The notes: a model not told the origin generated them from the sequence alone. DNA of 64,000 nt from Rubripirellula sp. (GCA_965216875.1 OZ244207.1:2816001-2880000), one strand, 5' to 3'; shown: positions 27,893-36,740, numbered from the stretch's first letter. Numbers and translations: made by a program.

Positions 27893-29986
27893 CTAATCGA
27901 CACTGATGCTCTCGGTATTGCGTCCAATCCCGTCGTGCCCATTGCCGGACGAGTCTCGGAAGAGGTCGCTTCCCGGTTCATCGTCAAATTGTAAAAGGAC
28001 GAGCGTGGCGTCGGTCTTGTCGAGCGAACTCGGTGGTGTGAATCTGGTCTCATCCGGATAGACAACTTCCTGTGAAATCCTTACCGCATCGATGGCGCCG
28101 ATAAAGAATCGATCGTTCTCACCGCGCGGCAGTCGAGTGGGATCGACACCGCCAACAAACAGTCCCGGCTCCGTTTCGCTCAACTGAAAACGTATCGGAG
28201 ACTGTCGCACAAACTTCCCATCAACGAAAAGCCTTAAGTTCTCGCCGTCCCATGTCCCAGCAATGTGCTGCCACGATCCCGAAAGGTCGCGGGTCGGTTC
28301 GTTTGAGACCGCAAACAACGATCGGCCTTGTTGCAACCGCCCAACGCCCCATTGTCCGTTATGGAAGAGCGTCATCCAGTTCGGGCCCAACCAACAAACC
28401 GGGTTGGCAACATGGACACGATCGAGCCGAGCAAACATCTCAAGCGTCACTTGATCGCCCGGGCCAAAATCGATCGACGGCACATGCACGTACCCGTTGC
28501 CGCGAAACACGAGAGCACGATTGTTGCTTTGCGCCGACGGCAAGACGGACTCGCCCGCCGACACCCGAACCGGCACCTCGTCGGATCGATCGCCTCGCGT
28601 CACCACAAAGACAACGCCTGCGACACCCAACGCGAAACATGCCCCTGCGATCCAAATGAAATTCCGTTGCGATTGTCGCGACGGATTGGAACGCTCAGGT
28701 TTTGAAGGTTGTTCGATCTGCGGCAAGACGGGACCACTTTCATTAGCCCCATCAGACAACGCATCGAGCTTTTCCAGAACAGCGTCCATCGTTTGCGGAC
28801 GTTGCGCAGGTTCCTTGGCCATCATTTGATTGGCGAGCTGCGTCAACTGTGCTGGAATCGGCTCGGAGACCTCCAACGCCGGAATCGGTGCAGTGGCGTG
28901 GGCCAAAATCGTGTCGACAACCGATTCACCTTGGTACGGCGGCCGTCCGCTTACCAGAAAGTACAGCACACAGCCCAAGGAATAGATGTCGCTTCGAGCA
29001 TCGGCGGCGCGCGTGTTGCGAGCTTGTTCGGGAGCCATGTAGCTTGCCGTACCCATCACCGCACCCGACTGAGTCAGCGGCGCCGTCGCGTCCGAATCGT
29101 CGTTGTCCTGGTCTTGATCGAGTCCAAGGCGTGCCAAACCGAGGTCAAGAATCTTGACCGTCCCCCCTTTTTCCAACAACAGGTTCGCTGGCTTAATGTC
29201 TCGATGAACAACGTCGTTGTCGTGCGCGTATTTCAAGCCCCGGGCGACATCGCGAACACAGCGAACCGCTTCTTGCCATGGCATCGGACCACGTTGGCCA
29301 ACGTGCTTTCTCAGATCGATTCCATCGACCAACTCGGTAACCAAGTAGGGGCGTCCATCCATCTCGCCTGCATCGTAAGCCGTGACGACATTCGGATGCG
29401 ATAACTTGGCAGCCGCCAAGACTTCTCGACGAAAGCGTTTCCGTAGTGCGTCTTGATTTCCCAAGTCGCTCCGCATGACCTTGATGGCCACTTCACGTTG
29501 CATCGAACGATGAACGGCATGGTAAACCGTCCCCATGCCGCCGCCACCAATCTTGCCCGCGATCTCGTATTGCCCAAGCTGCGTGGGCGCGGCATCATCG
29601 ATTTCGGTAGCACCACCGGGCGTCAAAGAAAGACGGCTATCCTCATCAGCGCCCAGCGCGGGCGCAGTTTGATCCCCGCGTCGTCCATCGGTGTCGGAAA
29701 GACTTTCCTGAAGCAGTGTCGCAAAGTAACCAGGACGCGTTTTCGGAAAACGCTTCTCGAATTCGGCCACAAGCAACGTTTCGCCGCAACCGGCGCGATA
29801 CTCCATTTCAATGGGCACCATTTGCTCAGTCGCTTCACCGTGCAACGCCTCAGGGAGCTCCCCCAGGAAATCCTCCGTCTTGGGATGATCGGTCCTATCG
29901 GAATCGCGCCATTGGCGCAGCGCCTCCTCGAATGCATCGCAGCAGCGATTGATCGCAAGCAGGTCGTCGGCATCCAATCGACTCAT
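27893..29986 (-). CDS. Membrane Ser/Thr protein kinase with an extracytoplasmic LamG-like domain
   Basis: IGGGGMGTVY, VAIK, HRDIKPANLL, DLGLA, YMAPEQ and DIYSLG; one TM helix; LamG-like WQHIAGTWDG...LFVDG...FIGAIDAVRIS. Confidence 0.95.
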   Translation of the reverse strand: MSRLDADDLLAINRCCDAFEEALRQWRDSDRTDHPKTEDFLGELPEALHGEATEQMVPIEMEYRAGCGETLLVAEFEKRFPKTRPGYFATLLQESLSDTDGRRGDQTAPALGADEDSRLSLTPGGATEIDDAAPTQLGQYEIAGKIGGGGMGTVYHAVHRSMQREVAIKVMRSDLGNQDALRKRFRREVLAAAKLSHPNVVTAYDAGEMDGRPYLVTELVDGIDLRKHVGQRGPMPWQEAVRCVRDVARGLKYAHDNDVVHRDIKPANLLLEKGGTVKILDLGLARLGLDQDQDNDDSDATAPLTQSGAVMGTASYMAPEQARNTRAADARSDIYSLGCVLYFLVSGRPPYQGESVVDTILAHATAPIPALEVSEPIPAQLTQLANQMMAKEPAQRPQTMDAVLEKLDALSDGANESGPVLPQIEQPSKPERSNPSRQSQRNFIWIAGACFALGVAGVVFVVTRGDRSDEVPVRVSAGESVLPSAQSNNRALVFRGNGYVHVPSIDFGPGDQVTLEMFARLDRVHVANPVCWLGPNWMTLFHNGQWGVGRLQQGRSLFAVSNEPTRDLSGSWQHIAGTWDGENLRLFVDGKFVRQSPIRFQLSETEPGLFVGGVDPTRLPRGENDRFFIGAIDAVRISQEVVYPDETRFTPPSSLDKTDATLVLLQFDDEPGSDLFRDSSGNGHDGIGRNTESISVD

Positions 29987-30624
29987 CCAGGAATCTCCGG
30001 CGCGGCACTATCGTCGCAAAGTTGCTCTGACAGCAGATGCCGAACAATACTCATCTTTCTTTCGATCGTGCGTCGCGAACAATCAAGCCGCTTGGCAAGT
30101 TCACCAATCGTTTCACCTGACATTCGCGCAACCGCGACCTGTCGCAATTGAGCGTCGCCCGTCGCATCGAGCCGAGTCAAGAGAATCTGAAACTGCTCGG
30201 ACAACTCCGCAGCAAATTCAGGCGTCGGACTCGAATCGAGGAACACGTCGGCATTCTCGGTAGCCTGAACGAGGGCCTGGGGCGTTGGGGAATCAGCCTT
30301 CCCCGTGCCACCTCGCTTTTTACGGTTTTCGTGCCGAATGGCGTCAACCGATTTGTGCGCGGTGATCGAAACAAGGAGCGGCCATAGGTTCTCTCGACTG
30401 ACCAGCTGTTCGAACCTGCCTTCGCGCGCAGCCAGGCAAAAACTCTTGAGTGCACTTAGTGCGACATCTTCCTCATCACGAACCGCACGCTTTGCCCCCG
30501 CCAATTGGGAAGCTGCGAAGCGAGTCAGCTTCTCGAAATAGGCGGACCACAACCGCTCGGCCGCCAACGAATCACCGGCACGAACGCCGTCGATCCAAGC
30601 GGTGATTTCTTGCGAGGTGGTCAT
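29983..30624 (-). CDS. ECF-type RNA polymerase sigma factor (planctomycete kinase-associated type)
   Basis: ITAWIDGVRAGDSLAAERLW, DEEDVALSA, KRGG and a C-terminal HTH (ELAKRLDCSRRTIERK). Its stop overlaps the kinase ATG. Confidence 0.9.
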   Translation of the reverse strand: MTTSQEITAWIDGVRAGDSLAAERLWSAYFEKLTRFAASQLAGAKRAVRDEEDVALSALKSFCLAAREGRFEQLVSRENLWPLLVSITAHKSVDAIRHENRKKRGGTGKADSPTPQALVQATENADVFLDSSPTPEFAAELSEQFQILLTRLDATGDAQLRQVAVARMSGETIGELAKRLDCSRRTIERKMSIVRHLLSEQLCDDSAAPEIPG

Positions 30625-30782
30625 GTTGAGAAGTCCAAGAAAAGTCGGCTGGAAAAAAGTTTCAGTTTTTTGTCGCACCTCGGTCCCGATTGGCGAGCAA
30701 CGGGTAAAGGCACGTTTTCTGGGGCATTCCCGCCGTGCTTCTCATCATATCGCGAATTCGACGCACACAAAGGATACCAGCG

Positions 30783-32870
30783 ATGACCCGACGACATTCC
30801 TCACGCAAATCGATGTCCAGCCGCCTTCACTCAAACAAACGCCGCCACTCAAACAAACGAGTTGCCCTAACGCGACGACGTCACGCTCGACTTGAAACGC
30901 TTGAGACTCGACGACTGCTTGCCGCCGGCACGGATGACCTTGCGCCTCTCAGTGACGAATTCGCAGACGCGAGTAGCCAATCGGCCTGGATCCGGATCAA
31001 CGAAACCGAAGGATGGAACGCCGACCAATTGCAAGTCTGGGATGTCAACGAAACACAACCCGGCCGCATGGTCATGCAGCCCAATACCGTGGTCTGGTAC
31101 GAAAACTATCGTGGCCCGATGGCCTACAAAGAAGTGACAGGCGATTTCGTGATCACGACTGAAGTGCATATCACCGACCGCGACGATGTCGGCCAGTCCG
31201 ATCCTGACGATGTTCCCGATGACGCCCATTTTTCACTTGGTGGCGTCATGATTCGTTCACCTCGCGATTTGACCAACGCGCCCGTCGAGTGGACGCCCGG
31301 CGGCGAAAACTATGTCTTCCTTTCGCTCGGCCACGGCACAGACGGTAACTTCACCTACGAGGTCAAAACCACCCAAGACAGCGTCTCCAACCTTGAACTC
31401 ACGCCGACCAACACGAACACAGCAACGCTTCAAATTGCGCGCATCGGTAACTCAGTCATCACGTTGCGTCGTGAACCGGGACAAGACTGGATCGTGCACG
31501 ATCGCTTCACTCGAACCGACATGCCCGAATCGCTTCAAGTCGGCCTGGTCTCCTACACCGACTGGACCAAAGCAAACGATTTCACGCCATTCTTTCACAA
31601 CGGCAATGTGCTCCAGCCCGGCGTAGCTCCCGATCCAACTCCCGGCGAAAGCTTCGATCCCGACCTCGTCGCGGGCTACGAATACGCTCGATTCGCACGC
31701 CCCGAAGTGCCCGCCGCACTCGAGGGCGTTGACCTTGTCGGCGCCGCGACCGATGCCCAGCTTCTCTCCTTCCTCGGCGACACTCCCAATCAACCCGCGT
31801 CGATCGACTCCGACGTGGCCGCCATTGACGTTCGCTTTATCGACCTTGACGGAAATCCGATCGAGTCGGTGGAAGTCGGTGAGTCATTCCTCGTCGAACT
31901 TGGTGTCGACGATTTACGAATGGCAGGCACGGGCGTGTTCAGCGCTTATGCCGATGCCGAGTTTGATCCATTGCTGGTGACAACCGGTACCGTTAGCTTC
32001 GGGGCTTCGTTCCCAAATGCTCAGAATGTCGAACCGATCGTCGGCGGCGAAATCGATGAAATCGGTGCGATCGCCAACAACACTCCGGGTGACGGATCGC
32101 GCCAAGTCTTGGCAACGGTTTCGATGACGCCAACGGCAGCAGGCGAGCTGACGGTCTCGACCAACCAAGCCGATCAACTTCCGCTACATGAGTTTGGACT
32201 CTTTGGTTACAACAACCCGGTTGATCCCGAAGACATTCTTTACGGTTCAGCCAGCTTGACGATTGTTGCCGGCAATGCCGCCCCAATCGCCAACGATGAT
32301 GCAACAAACCTGTTCCACACGGCGGGGCCAACCTTGATCGATGTCCTCGCTAACGACACAACCGAAGCGGGCGAAACGCTGTCGATCTCTTCGCTGTCCA
32401 ACGCGGCACAGGCGGGCGGAACGTTCGAGATCATCGACGGACAAGTTCGCTTCACGGCCGAACCAGGGCACTATGGCGCCATCTCGACCGAGTACACGAT
32501 CGATGACGGCAACGGCGGAGAAGCAACAGCGAACCTGACCGTCAACGTGGCCAAACAGTGGCATTTGACATCCGCGCCTCACGACACCAACGATGACGGA
32601 TCGGTTTCTCCGCTCGATGCCTTGAGAATCATCAACGCAATCACGCGCCAAGACGGAGCCTTCGCTGCCGAAGCGGAACCCGAAGGCCCGCTCGGTGACA
32701 TCGAGTACTTCTTGGACGTCAACGATGACGGGCAGGTCACGGCACTCGATGCGTTGCAGGTGATCAACGAGCTCGCCCGAATCAACAATGCAACGCCAGA
32801 AGCACAAGATGACGCACTCATGCTACTGATGCTCGAAGACGAGGCCGAATCTCGCTCACTCCTGTTCTAA
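30783..32870 (+). CDS. Exported multidomain protein: planctomycete export motif, beta-rich domain, cohesin-like and cadherin/Ig-like domains, dockerin-like C-terminus
   Basis: Basic N-terminus with RLETLETRRLLA; APIANDD...IDVLANDT...YTIDDGNGG repeat; paired DTNDDGSVSPLDALRIIN and DVNDDGQVTALDALQVIN. Confidence 0.85.
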   Translation: MTRRHSSRKSMSSRLHSNKRRHSNKRVALTRRRHARLETLETRRLLAAGTDDLAPLSDEFADASSQSAWIRINETEGWNADQLQVWDVNETQPGRMVMQPNTVVWYENYRGPMAYKEVTGDFVITTEVHITDRDDVGQSDPDDVPDDAHFSLGGVMIRSPRDLTNAPVEWTPGGENYVFLSLGHGTDGNFTYEVKTTQDSVSNLELTPTNTNTATLQIARIGNSVITLRREPGQDWIVHDRFTRTDMPESLQVGLVSYTDWTKANDFTPFFHNGNVLQPGVAPDPTPGESFDPDLVAGYEYARFARPEVPAALEGVDLVGAATDAQLLSFLGDTPNQPASIDSDVAAIDVRFIDLDGNPIESVEVGESFLVELGVDDLRMAGTGVFSAYADAEFDPLLVTTGTVSFGASFPNAQNVEPIVGGEIDEIGAIANNTPGDGSRQVLATVSMTPTAAGELTVSTNQADQLPLHEFGLFGYNNPVDPEDILYGSASLTIVAGNAAPIANDDATNLFHTAGPTLIDVLANDTTEAGETLSISSLSNAAQAGGTFEIIDGQVRFTAEPGHYGAISTEYTIDDGNGGEATANLTVNVAKQWHLTSAPHDTNDDGSVSPLDALRIINAITRQDGAFAAEAEPEGPLGDIEYFLDVNDDGQVTALDALQVINELARINNATPEAQDDALMLLMLEDEAESRSLLF

Positions 32871-32894
32871 GGCGTGCGCGTGAGCATCGAAACG

Positions 32895-33550
32895 AACCAC
32901 TGATCCGCATTCACAGAACACCAGCGTCCCCAGACGGAAACAACTTCCATCGAGTGTTCGATTCCGCGGGTCAGTGCCCAAACTTGTGAATCATGGAATG
33001 AGTTCCGGAAATATAGAACCACTAATCAGCACTCATCGAACACTGATCACACCAAGCGGGAAGGCACCTCATCAGTGTTCGATTCCTAGGATTAGTGTTC
33101 CCCAACACGATCCACGGTTTCAAAGAATTCATAATGAGATGCGCAGAGCGGTGCGATTCCGAAGATGTAAAGCCACTAATAAACACTCATCGAAAACTAA
33201 TCACGCCAAGCAAGAGAACCCCTCATTAGTCTTCCAAAACACGATCCACGGTTTCTAGGGCTTCGAAAAAGAGATGGCGTTGAGGGATGAGCTTTCGAAG
33301 ATGTGAAACCACTAATCAACACTCATCGAACACTGATCACGCCAAGCAGATGCACACCTCATCAGTGTTCGATTCCAGGGATTAGTGTTCCAAAACACGA
33401 TGCAAGGATTCAGGGGCTTCGAAAAAGAGATGGCGTCGAGGGACGAGCTTTCAAAGAAGTGAAACCACTAATCAGCACTTATCGAACGCTGATCCCACCA
33501 AGCAAGACCACGCCTCATTAGTGTTCGATTCCTAGGATTAGTGTTCCCAA
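32895..33550 (+). repeat. Tandem array of 5 hairpin-forming units (full unit about 155 bp)
   Basis: Units start at 32895 (degenerate), 33017, 33171 (20-bp deletion), 33307 and 33463. Consensus AACCACTAATCARCACTCATCGAACACTGATCAC-RCCAAGC-N9-CCTC-ATCAGTGTTCGATTCCTAGGATTAGTGTTCC, followed by a ~70-bp linker. Confidence 0.93.
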
Positions 33551-33637
33551 ACAAGCCCGGCTCACTTTCGTCATCTGCGTTCGACGGTTAGTCTTCAGGA
33601 ATCACCGTTCACTTCGCATCTACATCGGGGCAGAAAG

Positions 33638-34006
33638 ATGTTTAAACAGGAAGGTTACGAACTCATGGGGGCGGCTTTTGAAGTGTACAACGTCCTGGGA
33701 TTCGGTATGGCTGACGAGGTCTATCAACAAAGCCTTGAGTTCGAATTGGGATTGAGGAACATCCCGTTCGTCAGCAGAGGGGCGCTGAGGGTCAGTTACA
33801 AGAACCATGTCTTGAAAACGGTCTACCGGCCCGACTTGCTCGTACACGACGAGATCGTCGTCGAATTGAGAGCTGCCAAGACGATTGACTCGGAACATAA
33901 AGCCCAACTCTTCAACTACATGCGAGTCAGTGAGAAAAAGGTTGGGTACCTCATCAACTATGGCACGACCAAGGACCTCCAGTGGCAACGGTTCGTACTC
34001 ACGTAG
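33638..34006 (+). CDS. GxxExxY family protein (PD-(D/E)xK nuclease-like fold)
   Basis: 122 aa; GAAFEVYNVLGFGMADEVYQQSLEFEL, YRPDLLV...IVVELR and AQLFNYM...GYLINYG. Confidence 0.92.
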   Translation: MFKQEGYELMGAAFEVYNVLGFGMADEVYQQSLEFELGLRNIPFVSRGALRVSYKNHVLKTVYRPDLLVHDEIVVELRAAKTIDSEHKAQLFNYMRVSEKKVGYLINYGTTKDLQWQRFVLT

Positions 34007-34060
34007 TGCAACAGCCACGGCCGCTGAAACGCAAAGAGACGCCCATCGAACTGCGACCGA

Positions 34061-34909
34061 CTAGCTCGCGTCCTGATCGACGAGCGACTGTTGGAATGAT
34101 TTCCAGAACGAGCGATCCTTCTGGTATCGGAGTGGATCGATCTGGTTCTTGAAGTAGTCGAGATGTTCAATCCAATCCTTCGTCACTTGCACGTACGAAT
34201 AGTCGCTAGCCGCCATGGGATTGACGAAGTCGGGGCTTCCGGGCTCAGTCGTGCTGACGTAGCGTCCTTCGGCATCGACTTGAATGTTGGCCAACATCAC
34301 GGGCAGCTTCATCTGCAGCTCATAGATCATCCGTTCTCGAAGCGGCATCCCATCGGTCGCTTCGTCCCACGCCATCACCACCTCGCGCGGTGTCGTGCTG
34401 TCAGGAAACCGCAGTCCGTAGGCCTGCCCCGATTGTGTTAGGCCATCGTGGTTGATGTCGACTTGAGCAGCCATCGGAAGCAACAGGTTTAACGCACCTT
34501 CCTCGGAAAGCGAGTCAACTTGGATCGGGTCAGCAAGCCAATTTGCGTTTTGGACGACCTGCAATTCACTCGAGCTGAGTGAGCCAAGGAACGCTTTCGG
34601 ATCAACGTAGCCGCCTTCGCTGTAGGCTCGTCCAAGGAGTGAGCCGTAGGTCTGGCCGAGATCGTGTGGCGCTTCAGCGCTGGCGTAGCGACCGCCCAGC
34701 CTCTCGATTTGGTACCAGCTGTTCCATGAACTCTGAACAAGCTGGTCAAGTGGTTCGTTCGATTCAATGGACTCGGCTGATTCGAATCCGCTGCGACCGA
34801 CGTTCTCCAAGACCTCCGCAAAGACACCTTGGAGGTTTCGGTCCTCGTTTCTCCGCCGCTGCTCGATCGTCAAACCGCTCGTAGCCGAAGCGTCAACTCG
34901 CATGCCCAT
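34061..34909 (-). CDS. Hypothetical protein
   Basis: 282-aa ORF with GGGGG 5' of the ATG; contains LSEEGALNLL...VDINHDGL, one Ca-loop-like motif. Confidence 0.75.
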   Translation of the reverse strand: MGMRVDASATSGLTIEQRRRNEDRNLQGVFAEVLENVGRSGFESAESIESNEPLDQLVQSSWNSWYQIERLGGRYASAEAPHDLGQTYGSLLGRAYSEGGYVDPKAFLGSLSSSELQVVQNANWLADPIQVDSLSEEGALNLLLPMAAQVDINHDGLTQSGQAYGLRFPDSTTPREVVMAWDEATDGMPLRERMIYELQMKLPVMLANIQVDAEGRYVSTTEPGSPDFVNPMAASDYSYVQVTKDWIEHLDYFKNQIDPLRYQKDRSFWKSFQQSLVDQDAS

Positions 34910-35037
34910 TTGTCCCCCGTCGTTGATTTCGGTACACCCCTTATCGACCGACTTTCATCAACCGCTAAAGCAAGATCTTGCGGCTCTGTCGAGTCTCACA
35001 CATGCGTCTATCAAGCCTGGCAAGCCAGGAAGAATAG

Positions 35038-35412
35038 TTAACGCGAATCCAGATCCTCAGAGACCGACAACACCTGAGGCCTCGCCCTCTCAGGACGACC
35101 AGAATCGAACACCGACAGCTTGGCAAAGCGAGCAATCATCAAGCTGACCAAGAACAGTGGAACCAACACAAGTGCCATCGGTGATCCCCAATTGCACCAA
35201 GTGATCGCAGTCATCACGAAGGCAGACACCACCGGCCAGATCAACGAACCAATTCCACGTGGACGCTCCAGCCTCATGCCTCGCCTCAGCAAGCGAGTGT
35301 CGAAAAACCACTTAAAATCATCGATGGTGTCCCGACGCGCCAAGAAATACGACAACACAAAGAGCCCCAATATTGTCGAAGCTAAAAGTGCTAGCGCAGA
35401 AAAATTTAACAC
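35038..35412 (-). CDS. Hypothetical small membrane protein
   Basis: Three hydrophobic segments; start uncertain (GTG 35412 or 35517). Confidence 0.5.
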   Translation of the reverse strand: MLNFSALALLASTILGLFVLSYFLARRDTIDDFKWFFDTRLLRRGMRLERPRGIGSLIWPVVSAFVMTAITWCNWGSPMALVLVPLFLVSLMIARFAKLSVFDSGRPERARPQVLSVSEDLDSR

Positions 35413-35604
35413 CGATGTCCCCAGACTGCATGAGCGTACCCTTGTAGGCCGAAACACGGACCATTCGGGTCGCGTTTTCACCTGGAGAATGCCGGCGGAA
35501 GGTCCGGCAGCTGTCACACACTCAAAGATGCCGGGAAACTCGGTGCGCCGCTCGAAGATCCGTTCGGTGGACGGACGTTACTTTCGACGGAGCGAAAGCA
35601 ACAA

Positions 35605-36018
35605 TTAGCTCGATTCCACGTCGGTCGGCGCTCGCGTGTCCTCATTGACAGTCACGTTTCCCTTTTCATCTATGGACACTTTGTCACCCACATTGAGTAT
35701 TCCGTAGTCCTCGTCATTGAAGAGGAAATGAACCTCTGTTTTGTTGAGGCTCTCGAGCTCGACCGTCAGGTCGTCACCGAAAGTGAACTTTGATTTGGCA
35801 GACGATTGCTCGGCGTCAAGGAAATTTGCATGAATCGTTTGCTCGCTGGTCACCCCTCCTGAATTCACGCTCACCGTAAAGTCAATTCCAAAAACCTGTG
35901 CGGTGCCAACGCCGCCACGACTGTCAACAAAGCCGCCCGACGTTGGAGGAATATCTGGTTCCGTGCTTCCACTGCATCCAACAAGTGACAGCAAAGCAAT
36001 CGCAATGACCTTCTTCAT
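35605..36018 (-). CDS. Putative lipoprotein
   Basis: Lipobox signal MKKVIAIALLSLVG-C. Confidence 0.8.
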   Translation of the reverse strand: MKKVIAIALLSLVGCSGSTEPDIPPTSGGFVDSRGGVGTAQVFGIDFTVSVNSGGVTSEQTIHANFLDAEQSSAKSKFTFGDDLTVELESLNKTEVHFLFNDEDYGILNVGDKVSIDEKGNVTVNEDTRAPTDVESS

Positions 36019-36099
36019 GGTTTTAGCATCCTGATGAGTTTCGTTTTGGGAACTATCGATACATTGTGGCTAAGGGAGAGCAATCCGACTCCGAAATGG

Positions 36100-36717
36100 C
36101 TACGCGATTCGACGATCGGGGCGTCCCATGGTCACGCGCTGCTGTGGCTCGGCGAAAAAGCGATCGTCTATTTCGTCGGCAATGAAAAAGAACGCGACGC
36201 TCGCGATCACACTCAGCAGAAACGCCACCAGCATTGTGGTGATCTCGGCGGCAACGGAATCAAGCTCTAGCACTCCGCGAAACACAAACGGCGCGGCGAC
36301 GCTCACCACGATGATGGCGGTCGTCGAAACACGATCCAGAAACCGCACACATGGGCCCTGCGGTCGCGCCGAGATCAAGCCAACGTCATTCAGGAAAACG
36401 TAGTCATCAGGCGTGCGAAAGACCTCTCCTTCATACCCGACAACGGTTGCCTTGAGTGCGTTGCCAAGTTCCAGCATGACTCCGATCACGTTATTCCGCG
36501 GATCGTCGTGCCGCAGCAAACCCTCGTTCGGATCATAGAGGATCGAAACCTCTGTGCATTCGACCGCCGCTGCATTTTCGTCTTCGGTTGCGGATAGGAG
36601 CGGACTCGCTTCGACCAATCGCTTCCACTCCTCCCTAGAAATTCGGCGCGACGGTCGAACCGGCTCTCGTCGCGCAATCGCCATCGGGTCACGAGTCAAG
36701 TAAATGGTGTAGCTCAT
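36100..36717 (-). CDS. Hypothetical protein with a soluble N-domain and two C-terminal TM helices
   Basis: MSYTIYLTR...ISREEW...LKATVVGYEGE followed by two hydrophobic helices. Confidence 0.7.
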   Translation of the reverse strand: MSYTIYLTRDPMAIARREPVRPSRRISREEWKRLVEASPLLSATEDENAAAVECTEVSILYDPNEGLLRHDDPRNNVIGVMLELGNALKATVVGYEGEVFRTPDDYVFLNDVGLISARPQGPCVRFLDRVSTTAIIVVSVAAPFVFRGVLELDSVAAEITTMLVAFLLSVIASVAFFFIADEIDDRFFAEPQQRVTMGRPDRRIA

Positions 36718-36740
36718 CGCTCGCCACGGCGTCTGAGGAT

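Noticed and set aside
30828..30859. Short duplication CACTCAAACAAACG x2
   Set aside because: An in-frame 18-bp-period duplication in a low-complexity basic leader (HSNKRR); probably slippage.
32974..33521. ORFs 32974-33258 and 33303-33521 (PLI(S/N)THRTLITPS repeats)
   Set aside because: They are translations of the DNA repeat. The frame is not kept across units (periods 154, 136, 156), and conservation follows base pairing rather than codons.
32895..33550. CRISPR array interpretation of the tandem repeats
   Set aside because: The conserved part is about 85 bp, the linkers are homologous to each other rather than unique spacers, and there are no cas genes in the window.
33620..34018. 132-aa minus-strand ORF
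   Set aside because: Antisense shadow of the GxxExxY gene, which has the clear family motifs.
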